Virus record (IMG/VR): IMGVR_UViG_3300024346_000015
Span: 53,615 to 117,614 of that record
Length of the DNA: 64,000 nucleotides
Source of the DNA: a virus
Direction: 5' to 3' (one strand)
Positions 55,362-64,000 of this stretch are shown here, one piece after another. The position numbers and the translations under genes were made by a program. The notes under the pieces are model-generated. The model was not told the origin of the DNA, did not search any database, and was given only the letters and a program-made list of their open reading frames with translations. Numbering within the stretch: position 1 is the first letter of the stretch; each line of letters opens with the position of its first letter.

Positions 55362-56327
55362 TTAGGCAGAGGCGAACTCAACTGCCTTGTTAACTGCGTT
55401 GACCTTACGGTTCTGGTTAGCACCGAACCATGCAGAACTCATTCGAGTGTCAGCACTACGACCCATCTCGTGGTCAGTCAAGTAGGTCACACTGTTCAGT
55501 GCTTGCCACCAAGTACCACGTCCAAACTCTGCTCCTGGCTGAGTCTCTAACAGATCAAACGCTTTCTTTGCGTTAGTGGTCAGATCATCGTACTTCTCAA
55601 CCGCGACAGGATTCTTACCGTGATAGGTACGTGGGAACACTTCGTTGTAGTACTTGATGAGGTTGTCCATAGAGAATCTCTTTGAAGATAGGAACTGAGA
55701 CATCTCTTTGAACTGGTCAAACTTCTCGTGGGCAAGACCCATAGTAGTTTTAACGTGATCCGCATCGAATACGTTACGGTGGTTCATCTTAACACCGTTG
55801 ATCGCACGACCACGAAGGGCAGTAGCGAGAGTGTTCATACAAGACACACGGATCGGAGTGAATCGGATATCGACAGACTTACCGTAATCGTGTGGGTTGG
55901 AGAACAACAAGTAAGAATCAACACGGTCACCGTCCATCACATCGAACGACTCGTTGATCTTGGCCAATGCCCAAACCATCTTACCACCTTTCAGTGAACC
56001 GGCAGTGTGCATTTCCATACCACCTTCTAGACAGTACTCGTTGAAGAACTCAAAGGCAGTTTCGTTTTGGACTGGATTCCACTTACCACCAACTTGGGTA
56101 AGAATCTTGTTATCTGTAGAACGAACGAGTGCTTCCATTCCGGTCGGGACTTCTTCCCCGCCCACTCGTGCGTATGTAGGAATTTTTGATACTGACCAGT
56201 CTAAACCAGCCTTCTGCATCATTTGTTGTGGAGACAGGTCATTTGATACTTGTGTACCAATCTCACCCCAAGGTGAAGAACCAGCGTATGCCATAGTCTC
56301 GATCTGAAGGATATCATTCATGCTCAT
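55362..56327 (-). CDS. DUF932/TIGR03299-type phage/plasmid protein
   Basis: AGLDW.V; PVQN..AF.F; TAGSL.GG..VWALA; HD.G.S; TP.RV.C.NTL; W.A.N.VT...DH. Confidence 0.85.
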   Translation of the reverse strand: MSMNDILQIETMAYAGSSPWGEIGTQVSNDLSPQQMMQKAGLDWSVSKIPTYARVGGEEVPTGMEALVRSTDNKILTQVGGKWNPVQNETAFEFFNEYCLEGGMEMHTAGSLKGGKMVWALAKINESFDVMDGDRVDSYLLFSNPHDYGKSVDIRFTPIRVSCMNTLATALRGRAINGVKMNHRNVFDADHVKTTMGLAHEKFDQFKEMSQFLSSKRFSMDNLIKYYNEVFPRTYHGKNPVAVEKYDDLTTNAKKAFDLLETQPGAEFGRGTWWQALNSVTYLTDHEMGRSADTRMSSAWFGANQNRKVNAVNKAVEFASA

Positions 56328-56417
56328 AGTTTTCTCTCTTTTCTCTAGTTAATTTCTCATTCTCAATACAAGTATTATATCATACTCAATACAAGTTTGG
56401 CAACTGTTTTCTTGAAA

Positions 56418-58238
56418 TTATTTTAAGAAAGTGTATATTTCTATGAGTTCTTCTTTACCCTTAACTTTGATGTCCCCAATCTTACGGGATACTGTGTCGG
56501 TCAATTGGTCTTTGGTGTGACTTGAGTAGATGGTCGGGAAGTCTTTGTAGTCCCCTCGTGCAGCCGTTGCTTCCAATCGTGCGGCAAGGTTTACCGCGTC
56601 ACCGATAACTGAATAGTCAAATCTGGACTCAGAACCCATATTACCAACAATACAGTCTCCGGTATTAATGCCAGTACCAACATTGATGTCAGGAAGACCT
56701 CGCTCTTTGTAAGTTTCCTTAAGCTCATCTGTTTTCTCCTCTATTTCTTTGGCAGACTTTACTGCCATGTCTGCGTGGTTCTCACAGGGTACAGGTGCGT
56801 TCCAGAACGCCATGATACAGTCACCCATGTACTTATCGATAGTACCACCGTTGTTTAAGATAATCTGTGTCATCGCATCTAGGAACTCATTGACCAACTC
56901 AACCAATCCTTCGGGATCATCGTTGTTCTTGTAGTGTTCTGAGATCGGAGTGAAGCCACATATATCCATAAATAAGAACGACATCTCCTTACGTTCGCCC
57001 CCTAGTTTCAAAAGTGATGGATCCTTCTGAAGCATATATACCATGTCCGGAGATAAATATGTCCCGAACTGTTTTTTTACTTGCTCTTTCAATTTGTATG
57101 TGGTATAATACTGATTAAAAGACGATTGCCCAAATACAAGGAACCCCGCAATTGAGACCCAAACGATATCCAGCACAAAGTAAGAATTACTCCAGACGAT
57201 CCACGATATTATCGGGACGCTTGAAAGAAACAAAACAGAACTTATCACCCCAACAACTGTGGGAAATCTATAGACCGATACAAGGATTCCTAGACACACT
57301 ACCAAAATCGAAAGCACTTCAACTATTAGACTCCAGTCGGGCCTCTGTATTTGAACACCTGAGAGTACGGTCTGAATTTGATGGCCTTGAACTTCGTGGG
57401 GATACACTGCACCCATTGGGGTTGGTACTGGATTAGCAACTCCCTCTGCGGTCACACCTAAAATTATTATCTTACCTTCGGGGATGGGTTCGAGTATACT
57501 CTGAGACTTAAAGTCGTGCCAGAAGGCAACAGGCAACTCTGAGGACGGCTCTGTGACCAAAGGATCCTGTTTACCCAGTCTTATCCACTCTACACCAAGA
57601 GAATTGTATTTCACGGTGTAGGATGGTTCCCCTATCCACACCCTAACGGCGTCTAACCCAAGAGAGGGGTACGGTTGTCCGTTGATGCCTACCATTAATG
57701 GTGTCCGTCTGAGAACACCTGTAGGTTGATCAACTTCAGCGGATACTGCACCCACCCCCATACTCATCTGTGCGAGTTCCGGAATAGGTATCAGTATACC
57801 ACTGTAGTCGATTAGTGAATCTATAGGTTTACCGAACGTAGATACGTTGGCATATATCCCTAGATCATCCGTAGTAGTTTGGCGTGTAGGTGCGCTGGCC
57901 AGGATTACGGGTTTTAGGGCGATTGATTTTGATAGTTCCAGATCCCCCGCAAACCGATCGGGTTCTGACCATATCATTGTTGATACTATTAGAGAATTGG
58001 GTGGTGCTTGGTTGATATACTTGGCGATTGTCTTTCGCGGCCACGGGTATTGTCCTTCCTTTTCAATTGATGCTTCATCTATGTTTACCAATACAATATC
58101 GTCTATCGAGATAACCTCGTGACTTTGTTGTAGTTGATCGTAGTATGCGTACTGCAACGACTTCACAATGTCGATCTGCGATACTTTTAAAACCGCGAAC
58201 AGAATGATCACGGGGATGACACTATACCACTTTGTCAT
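56418..58238 (-). CDS. Membrane-bound CHASE2-domain class III adenylate cyclase
   Basis: LVNIDE.SI...GQYPWPR (CHASE2), three TMs, FMDICGFT, DKYMGDCIMA, GNMGS..RFDYSVIGD.VNLAARLE. Confidence 0.93.
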   Translation of the reverse strand: MTKWYSVIPVIILFAVLKVSQIDIVKSLQYAYYDQLQQSHEVISIDDIVLVNIDEASIEKEGQYPWPRKTIAKYINQAPPNSLIVSTMIWSEPDRFAGDLELSKSIALKPVILASAPTRQTTTDDLGIYANVSTFGKPIDSLIDYSGILIPIPELAQMSMGVGAVSAEVDQPTGVLRRTPLMVGINGQPYPSLGLDAVRVWIGEPSYTVKYNSLGVEWIRLGKQDPLVTEPSSELPVAFWHDFKSQSILEPIPEGKIIILGVTAEGVANPVPTPMGAVYPHEVQGHQIQTVLSGVQIQRPDWSLIVEVLSILVVCLGILVSVYRFPTVVGVISSVLFLSSVPIISWIVWSNSYFVLDIVWVSIAGFLVFGQSSFNQYYTTYKLKEQVKKQFGTYLSPDMVYMLQKDPSLLKLGGERKEMSFLFMDICGFTPISEHYKNNDDPEGLVELVNEFLDAMTQIILNNGGTIDKYMGDCIMAFWNAPVPCENHADMAVKSAKEIEEKTDELKETYKERGLPDINVGTGINTGDCIVGNMGSESRFDYSVIGDAVNLAARLEATAARGDYKDFPTIYSSHTKDQLTDTVSRKIGDIKVKGKEELIEIYTFLK

Positions 58239-58972
58239 TGTTGTGTTATTGTAACAGAACAACCGCCTACTGTCAAGCAATTTTGCTGTAAAGTATAGGT
58301 TGCGGTTGAATTAAATTGTTTGAGAGTCAAGTCAGTACCATACGTACCGTCAAGAGTTATATTTGCGGTATGGGTTGCGTTGGGCCCTTTCTGACGGATG
58401 AACACATCGTTCTCGTCATTGTAGATATTGAGGTTGATTTCCTTTGCACCATCGTGTTGTTGGATGGTCGTAACCTCGTTGTTGTCTCCAGCTACGTGTA
58501 GATCGACTGCATGACCATCGACACTACCTTGATTGGTCTGTTGAATAGAAACACCGTTGTTGTCTCCGTGAACGGTTAGGTCAACGGTATGTCCACCGCC
58601 TTCCCAGTTATCGTACCAATAGTCATGGTTGGTATAACTCTCTGGATAATCGAATGCACATCCTTGACAGATCTTTACTCCATTACCAGAACCACTCATC
58701 TCATCTGTTGTAATCTTGTTTACAGAAGAAGTGTCTTCGTTGTATTGAATGAATAGAAGTCCACTATAGGTGGTGTTGATAAATGATCCAGTATCTAACA
58801 TATCCACCACATTGTGTGAACCGACTTGTTCTATACCTAAACTGAAATTAGTACCGGATTGATCGATAGTTATTTGATTGTCCGCTGATGCGGTATCGGT
58901 GAAGAAACATATTAGACCAATGAAGAATATGGCCATGATACATGTATCTCTGAATTCGTTGTCGTCTTTCAT
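58235..58972 (-). CDS. Secreted curlin-repeat protein (CsgA/CsgB-like) 2
   Basis: Signal peptide; repeats I.Q.G..N / G.NN.V.I.Q. Confidence 0.7.
   Translation of the reverse strand: MKDDNEFRDTCIMAIFFIGLICFFTDTASADNQITIDQSGTNFSLGIEQVGSHNVVDMLDTGSFINTTYSGLLFIQYNEDTSSVNKITTDEMSGSGNGVKICQGCAFDYPESYTNHDYWYDNWEGGGHTVDLTVHGDNNGVSIQQTNQGSVDGHAVDLHVAGDNNEVTTIQQHDGAKEINLNIYNDENDVFIRQKGPNATHTANITLDGTYGTDLTLKQFNSTATYTLQQNCLTVGGCSVTITQQ
58248..58276 (-). promoter_or_regulatory. sigma70 promoter TTGACA-N17-TACAAT for the cyclase gene
   Basis: Near-consensus, just upstream of ATG 58238. Confidence 0.75.
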
Positions 58973-58973
58973 A

Positions 58974-60119
58974 TCAATTGCTCTGTCTTATTACCACCAA
59001 AATGTCATCACCCCCGTCTGCGGTGATCGTTCCTACGTAACCTTCTACCTCTGTATCTAGTCTTATACTACCTCCGGTTAAAAAGTTCAATGCAATAACA
59101 CCGTTTACGTCACGGTAGAAAACAATACCTTGGTCTTCTTGGAAAACTGCATATTGACTGTCAACGTTCTTACCCCAGACAGCACCCTTCAACCTTATCG
59201 CACCACCACCTCTACCCGATTGCATATCTTCGAGATCACCCATAGTGCGTACTAATGCTTCTACTTCATCTAATAGATCCACCAACAATTCTGAGTCAAG
59301 TGCATCATAGTCTAATCTAGTGTAGACCGGATCTTCAGCGTAATCATCATATGACTTTTCCAGTTCATCGAACTGAAGGAAGTCTGCGTCCAATGAACCC
59401 ATGTCTATATCAGCGTCATCTAACAACTGTTCTTGTATCGCCTCTGCCACTTCATCGGGTGGACTGACAATGAACATGTTATCGATTGACGATGGTGTTA
59501 TATTCTCGATGACCACAACTCTGGTCGGAGGCGAGTCTAAACTAGACACCATTGTCGTTGCATAGGCTTGAGTGAGAGTAGTCTCACCCGCATCATTAGA
59601 AACAACAATCTCACCAGACGGATTACCATATTCGTCCGGTAATAATATAACGAGAGTCCGACCCAACTCATCGATCGTTGTAGTGAAATCCGTTCCACGG
59701 ACAGCAATCTGTGCAGTCGGGGTAGAGATATCGATATTCTTCTTATCTACCATTCCCAATCGACCAGACGCAAATCGAGCAGTCCCAAGTGCCATCTTCA
59801 TGACCATCTTAGACTTACTCGGATCTGGATCGTAATACACCTTATCAATAAAGACTTTGGTGTGTTCGATCAACGACAACTCAGCATCATCCTTGAACTT
59901 AATTAACATCCTTCCCTTTGCAGTTTGGGCTGTATCATTAAGTTCTATGTCAGTGCCTACCACGGACGATATGACATCCGTCTCTCTTAGCAAAGAACCG
60001 ATTCCTTTCGATTCAACTATCCCGCCGATAGATTCTGCATGTACTACCCCAGAACCCATTGACAGTATAACACTAATTATCGTTGGCGTTATCTTTCTGA
60101 TTAATCTGTATGACTGCAT
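58974..60119 (-). CDS. FecR-domain periplasmic protein
   Basis: D...T.....I.F.D.....L.E.T; L.GT.RF.SG; I.TPTA.I.VRGT.F. Confidence 0.85.
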   Translation of the reverse strand: MQSYRLIRKITPTIISVILSMGSGVVHAESIGGIVESKGIGSLLRETDVISSVVGTDIELNDTAQTAKGRMLIKFKDDAELSLIEHTKVFIDKVYYDPDPSKSKMVMKMALGTARFASGRLGMVDKKNIDISTPTAQIAVRGTDFTTTIDELGRTLVILLPDEYGNPSGEIVVSNDAGETTLTQAYATTMVSSLDSPPTRVVVIENITPSSIDNMFIVSPPDEVAEAIQEQLLDDADIDMGSLDADFLQFDELEKSYDDYAEDPVYTRLDYDALDSELLVDLLDEVEALVRTMGDLEDMQSGRGGGAIRLKGAVWGKNVDSQYAVFQEDQGIVFYRDVNGVIALNFLTGGSIRLDTEVEGYVGTITADGGDDILVVIRQSN

Positions 60120-60798
60120 TGTCTGACGTAATATCCATAGTAATGATACCCTTACACGACTGTATTCCGGTTGGACACGTACCACTTAACTGGTTGATGT
60201 CGATATCCGCATTGTCACCGGCAAACTCTACTGTCTGTGTCTGATAGAAACCATCGTTCTGTAATGATACTATGTTATTACCGTCACCAGTAATGTCCCA
60301 GTCCCAAGTTACGTCATCGGTCTCAACGTCAATGTCGAACACATTAGAAGATCCAAGAACCTGTAGATCTAAATCTAAACGTTCAGAAGATGCAGCTGCA
60401 CCTTGATCGAAATCAATTGTGTTAGAGTCGCCCGTCATTGTGATATCCATTGTGGTAGCGTCCGTAGATCCTATATCACCAATGAAATAATCGAGTACGT
60501 TAGCATCACCAGTCCACAGTAAATTGTATGTAGAACTGTTAGATGTCAATGTACCGAACAACAGGTTTTCGTTACCAACTTGATCGATGTTAAATGTTAG
60601 TGAGGAACCTGTGATCGGTGTCGCACTAGAATTTGTCGCGAAGTTGTCTAAACCAATTTTGTTACCGTAACCAATCTGATCGATATAAAGGGTAAGCGTG
60701 TTACCCGATTGATCGATGTTGATCTCGTTGTCGTCAGATGCTGCACCATAACTTAAACTAGAAAACAGTGCAACTAGTCCTATTAAGTACTTATTCAT
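60073..60798 (-). CDS. Secreted curlin-repeat protein (CsgA/CsgB-like) 1
   Basis: Signal peptide MNKYLIGLVALFSSLSYGA; about 8 beta-solenoid repeats (IDQ.G..N, TGD.N). Confidence 0.72.
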   Translation of the reverse strand: MNKYLIGLVALFSSLSYGAASDDNEINIDQSGNTLTLYIDQIGYGNKIGLDNFATNSSATPITGSSLTFNIDQVGNENLLFGTLTSNSSTYNLLWTGDANVLDYFIGDIGSTDATTMDITMTGDSNTIDFDQGAAASSERLDLDLQVLGSSNVFDIDVETDDVTWDWDITGDGNNIVSLQNDGFYQTQTVEFAGDNADIDINQLSGTCPTGIQSCKGIITMDITSDNAVIQINQKDNANDN

Positions 60799-61723
60799 CG
60801 TCTTTACTTTCTCCTATCGGGTGACCTTCGTTTGTCCCATCATGCTGATGGGGATGACGATGTCCTGTCCCTACTTTCCAAAGACCTCTATCATGTCCTT
60901 GGTAGATTAACTCTAGTACGCCCGCTTCTATAGCCGTTCGTACCGCATATGTCACTGATTCATTATTTCCCACTCCGTCTTCATACTCCACCAGCTGTGT
61001 CCCCTGTTCGTAAAATCTAAACAAGTCTCCACCCGCACCATAACTAAGAATCGTCTTTGTACTCTGGACGTTCAACAAAACTTCTCCCGTCAGAACAGAA
61101 ACTGCTCTGATAGAAACCGTCACAATATCTTTACGATACTGCCTAGAGAATCCGATACCTAATGTTCTGGCACCTCGTCCTCCAGTCTGGATATTGGTAT
61201 CATAACCAATAATACCTCCTTCAATAATCATACCAGCAAAGAGCAAAGGCCCAATACTACCAGACTTCTCGTCAGAGTATTCCTTACGGGTTGATCGAAC
61301 GATCTGTCTCTCTCGTACCAGATTATCGATGCCCTGTCTCTCTACTACACGGAACCACTTACCTTGGGATGCCGTCTTGAGAGCGTCTATTAATAACTCG
61401 GTTCCCCCTTGGGATACCGCAGTACTGAAGTCCGCAATTCCATCGCGTGCCTTCCGTTGACCAGTGAGATCCTTAAATCCATATACAGCTACAACTGGCA
61501 TGTTTGTTGCCGGTGGTACGTTTAATAAGTCAACGTATGCCGGCAACTTTACTACTGTAGGTTGATCTACGCAAATATACTTGCGAGACATAACCTTGTC
61601 TAATCCTTTGTCCGTTCCACAATCTTTCGGGTTTTCTGACCATTGTGGTATCTGAGCGCAACCTGTCATAAAAATGACGCTCAACAATAGTAGATGCAAT
61701 TTACGTACCATCACCACCATCAC
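60791..61723 (-). CDS. csgG: Curli secretion channel lipoprotein CsgG
   Basis: Lipobox MTGC; VAVY.F.D.TGQRK; WFRVVER.G..NL..ERQI.R; GGI.GYD.N. Confidence 0.93.
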   Translation of the reverse strand: MMVVMVRKLHLLLLSVIFMTGCAQIPQWSENPKDCGTDKGLDKVMSRKYICVDQPTVVKLPAYVDLLNVPPATNMPVVAVYGFKDLTGQRKARDGIADFSTAVSQGGTELLIDALKTASQGKWFRVVERQGIDNLVRERQIVRSTRKEYSDEKSGSIGPLLFAGMIIEGGIIGYDTNIQTGGRGARTLGIGFSRQYRKDIVTVSIRAVSVLTGEVLLNVQSTKTILSYGAGGDLFRFYEQGTQLVEYEDGVGNNESVTYAVRTAIEAGVLELIYQGHDRGLWKVGTGHRHPHQHDGTNEGHPIGESKDDE

Positions 61724-62210
61724 TCCCGTCTGTACCGAAGTTACCTGTTCCGACAGGTATTTCGATCACGGTCTCAGTTCCATCTGTGTCGATGATAGTC
61801 ATCTTGATGTAATCTTCACCGGCTTCGTTGGTGAGTACCTCATATGACACAACTGATCCCTCAAGGGTAAATGACCCAAAGGTTACTGCATTTTCGTTGC
61901 TGAACATATTGTCCACCAACTGTTTAGATAGTTGTGCATAGATTCTACTCTCTAGGTTACGTATGAACTTGGCTAAGGTTGTATTCTCTGCTTCCCGTTC
62001 TGCGGCCTTTTGTGCCGCCTCTAACGCATCCTCGATAGATTTCTTTCTACTGTGTTCTTGGTTTTCAATGGTGAGATAGTGTGATCCAGTACCCACTCCA
62101 CTAAAGGACGGGTTCTTAAAACCAAATGTTATCTCTGACGTTGCCGCCAATGGCGACATCATTACCAAAACAAGAATACTACTTGTTAGTCTTTTTATCA
62201 TTTCGTTCAA
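61701..62210 (-). CDS. csgF: Curli assembly protein CsgF
   Basis: Signal peptide then E..F.FKNPSF.G; F.RNLESRI...LS..L. Confidence 0.88.
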   Translation of the reverse strand: MNEMIKRLTSSILVLVMMSPLAATSEITFGFKNPSFSGVGTGSHYLTIENQEHSRKKSIEDALEAAQKAAEREAENTTLAKFIRNLESRIYAQLSKQLVDNMFSNENAVTFGSFTLEGSVVSYEVLTNEAGEDYIKMTIIDTDGTETVIEIPVGTGNFGTDGSDGGDGT

Positions 62211-62460
62211 CCATTTCCTGCTGTTGCAGTATCATATCTAATTTAGTACGCAATCTAATCAAGTCATTGTCGAGCATTCGTACTCGATCGATCAACTGGA
62301 TCAGAGTCAAATGCGACTCCTCTATCACTGGATCTACATGGTCAGTAACCCAGTGCCACACATAATAGATGAAGTACCCTAATCCTATACAAGCGATAAT
62401 GGGGAATCCATATGTGTTTATCATGTCTACGATATTTAGTGATTCGATAGGTTCCATCAA
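62179..62460 (-). CDS. Small membrane protein (csg-associated, paralog B)
   Basis: GFPI + TM helix + coiled coil. Confidence 0.7.
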   Translation of the reverse strand: MMEPIESLNIVDMINTYGFPIIACIGLGYFIYYVWHWVTDHVDPVIEESHLTLIQLIDRVRMLDNDLIRLRTKLDMILQQQEMVERNDKKTNK

Positions 62461-62735
62461 TCCTTCCTCGAATCTTTCTGTCCATCGGCCCTAGACAATC
62501 GGTCTAGGTCTGGCCGTAAGTCAAAAGAATGTGATATCAACAAGTCGATACGAACCAACTCATTGTTCATAGTTTTTATTCGGTTTTCCAAACTCAATAC
62601 AAATCCGCGTTGCGTCTTGATATTACTCAAGGCACCGTCCAGTATAAATTTTAAAGTTAGGAATACGAAAAATCCTCCGGCGAGTGCGGAGGCGATAGGG
62701 AATCCAACGTCCATGACGCTTAGAAATAAATCCAT
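62457..62735 (-). CDS. Small membrane protein (csg-associated, paralog A)
   Basis: GFPI + TM helix + coiled coil. Confidence 0.7.
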   Translation of the reverse strand: MDLFLSVMDVGFPIASALAGGFFVFLTLKFILDGALSNIKTQRGFVLSLENRIKTMNNELVRIDLLISHSFDLRPDLDRLSRADGQKDSRKD

Positions 62736-62767
62736 CGTAATACCTTCAAATCAAAAGACTGTGAAAG

Positions 62768-62775
62768 TATTTATA
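62768..62775 (-). promoter_or_regulatory. Late promoter TATAAATA heading the curli cluster
   Basis: Exact consensus 32 nt upstream of the first gene; GAAGG RBS in the leader. Confidence 0.78.
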
Positions 62776-62783
62776 CGTCTAGA

Positions 62784-63023
62784 CTATTTGATCTCGCCCT
62801 TTTCTATCAAATCGGTAAATATGTCCCACATTTTCTGGAACTTTAGTTCATACATCTTCTTTATACCGAAGTATTGGTTCATAAGTTCGTCTTGATACTC
62901 TGCATCGCCACACTTATTCTGCCACTTGGGGTCGTCTACGAAGTGACACGTAGCTTCGTCTATATCATCTAGTATTAACCAACATCGCATCATTGCATTC
63001 TCTAAATCAAATCTATCACTCAT
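62784..63023 (-). CDS. Hypothetical protein
   Basis: RFDLE..M..CW.I.DD; G....Y..KF..W. Confidence 0.65.
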   Translation of the reverse strand: MSDRFDLENAMMRCWLILDDIDEATCHFVDDPKWQNKCGDAEYQDELMNQYFGIKKMYELKFQKMWDIFTDLIEKGEIK

Positions 63024-63247
63024 TCTATAACCTTCCAGTCAGTTATTGTTTTCACATCAATAGTTTCCCATCGTCTACTTACTACATCAAAGAACGCCAG
63101 AACACCATTGTCTTTTTGTTGTTTCAATGATGTGGGGGTGGCAAGTAAAGTGAAGTTAGAACACAACTCTTCACCTGTTCTATAATGGTTAAACGTAATC
63201 TTCACTACACCTTTGTATGCAGCGTTAAGTAATTTATCAGTGTCCAT
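63020..63247 (-). CDS. Small SH3/WYL-like protein
   Basis: G.V.I.F......; FFDV....W.T pattern. Confidence 0.5.
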   Translation of the reverse strand: MDTDKLLNAAYKGVVKITFNHYRTGEELCSNFTLLATPTSLKQQKDNGVLAFFDVVSRRWETIDVKTITDWKVIE

Positions 63248-64000
63248 CTATTCCTCTTGGAATTTTTGTTCTATGTATTTAGCGAAGGCGGTATGCGCCT
63301 CTGCACTTGGGTGATGGCCAGACATAAAACCAACACACTTATTATCTTTGTCTACGACTTCGGTACATACTTGAGAGAAGGACTTTCCACTAGCAAACCC
63401 CAGTCGAGATTTCTTTGGTAATGAATACATCATCTTCTTTATCATATGTTGCCAGTCTTGCAGGGATTGGACTTCAGGTCTATTACAATCAAGGATCGCG
63501 TTCAATAACTGTCTCCACTGATTCCTATGGAACTGAGTCATAACTAGTTTGATTCCTCGCGCCTCACATATCTGATGTATCGCAATCATGTAACTCATCT
63601 GGTGAGTAATGGCTGTACGAAACATTAGATTCATTTCATCATAATATAGGTGCAAGGCATCCTTGGTTCGGTTTTTAGCGAAACCTATGCTGTTAATACG
63701 GGTTGGTGACAACTGAGTGATACTGTTGTATCTAGGAACATGATAGAGATGTTCATCTTCCGGTGACACGTCATTGACAATCTCTTCTCTCTCCCATGCA
63801 GACCACACTATAACCATGTGAGTACAATCATCTGCATGTTCGGACGATAAGAAGTTTAATGTGTCACGGAAGATCTTATGGTTACTGCCTCCGCAACTGG
63901 CGTAGTTCATTAGATCTATGTCTAGTGACTTTGCCAGTTTGTCGGAGAACCTGTGGTGTTGATGGGTGGGCGGATTAGTATTAAAACCCGGCAGTTCATC
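63248..64000 (-). CDS. SGNH-hydrolase-like protein, truncated by window end
   Basis: Frame open to 64000 (DELPGFNT..FSDKLA..NYA.CGGSN); terminal HPSAEAH. Confidence 0.65.
   Translation of the reverse strand, partial: DELPGFNTNPPTHQHHRFSDKLAKSLDIDLMNYASCGGSNHKIFRDTLNFLSSEHADDCTHMVIVWSAWEREEIVNDVSPEDEHLYHVPRYNSITQLSPTRINSIGFAKNRTKDALHLYYDEMNLMFRTAITHQMSYMIAIHQICEARGIKLVMTQFHRNQWRQLLNAILDCNRPEVQSLQDWQHMIKKMMYSLPKKSRLGFASGKSFSQVCTEVVDKDNKCVGFMSGHHPSAEAHTAFAKYIEQKFQEE

Noticed and set aside
1-64000. Stop-codon reassignment, tRNAs, integrase or introns
   Set aside because: Genes tile tightly under the standard code, and no such element was recognised by eye; tRNAscan/Infernal would be needed to exclude them fully.

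Overview
A 64-kb segment of a large lytic T4-like myovirus genome. The host is probably a heterotrophic aquatic/marine proteobacterium; this is inferred from the sigma70-type early promoters, the curli genes and the absence of photosynthesis genes. Contents, left to right: (1) a baseplate/tail module (hub gene, gp53, gp48, gp4, gp2, gp54, gp26, gp51, tape measure); (2) gp32 and gp33; (3) small early genes in promoter cassettes; (4) a ~14-kb glycosyltransferase/methyltransferase/radical-SAM/carbamoyltransferase island; (5) an M15 endolysin and phoH; (6) a second early-cassette region; (7) nrdB and nrdA, the latter with an inserted glutaredoxin domain; (8) a late-expressed cluster of proteins with T4 internal-protein-like N-terminal leaders, including a ligase-fold protein, an HxGH nucleotidyltransferase and a PD-(D/E)xK protein; (9) a Cas4-like exonuclease and a DUF932-type protein; (10) a curli-type module (csgF, csgG, two curlin-repeat proteins, a FecR protein) ending in a CHASE2 adenylate cyclase. 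The main leads are the phage curli/FecR/cyclase module with split late/early control, the putative capsid-packaged enzyme cargo, and a probable -1 ribosomal frameshift (U UUU UUA) fusing gp26 to gp51 just upstream of the tape measure gene. All family assignments come from motif recognition by eye, with no database search. I saw no tRNA, rRNA or CRISPR array.
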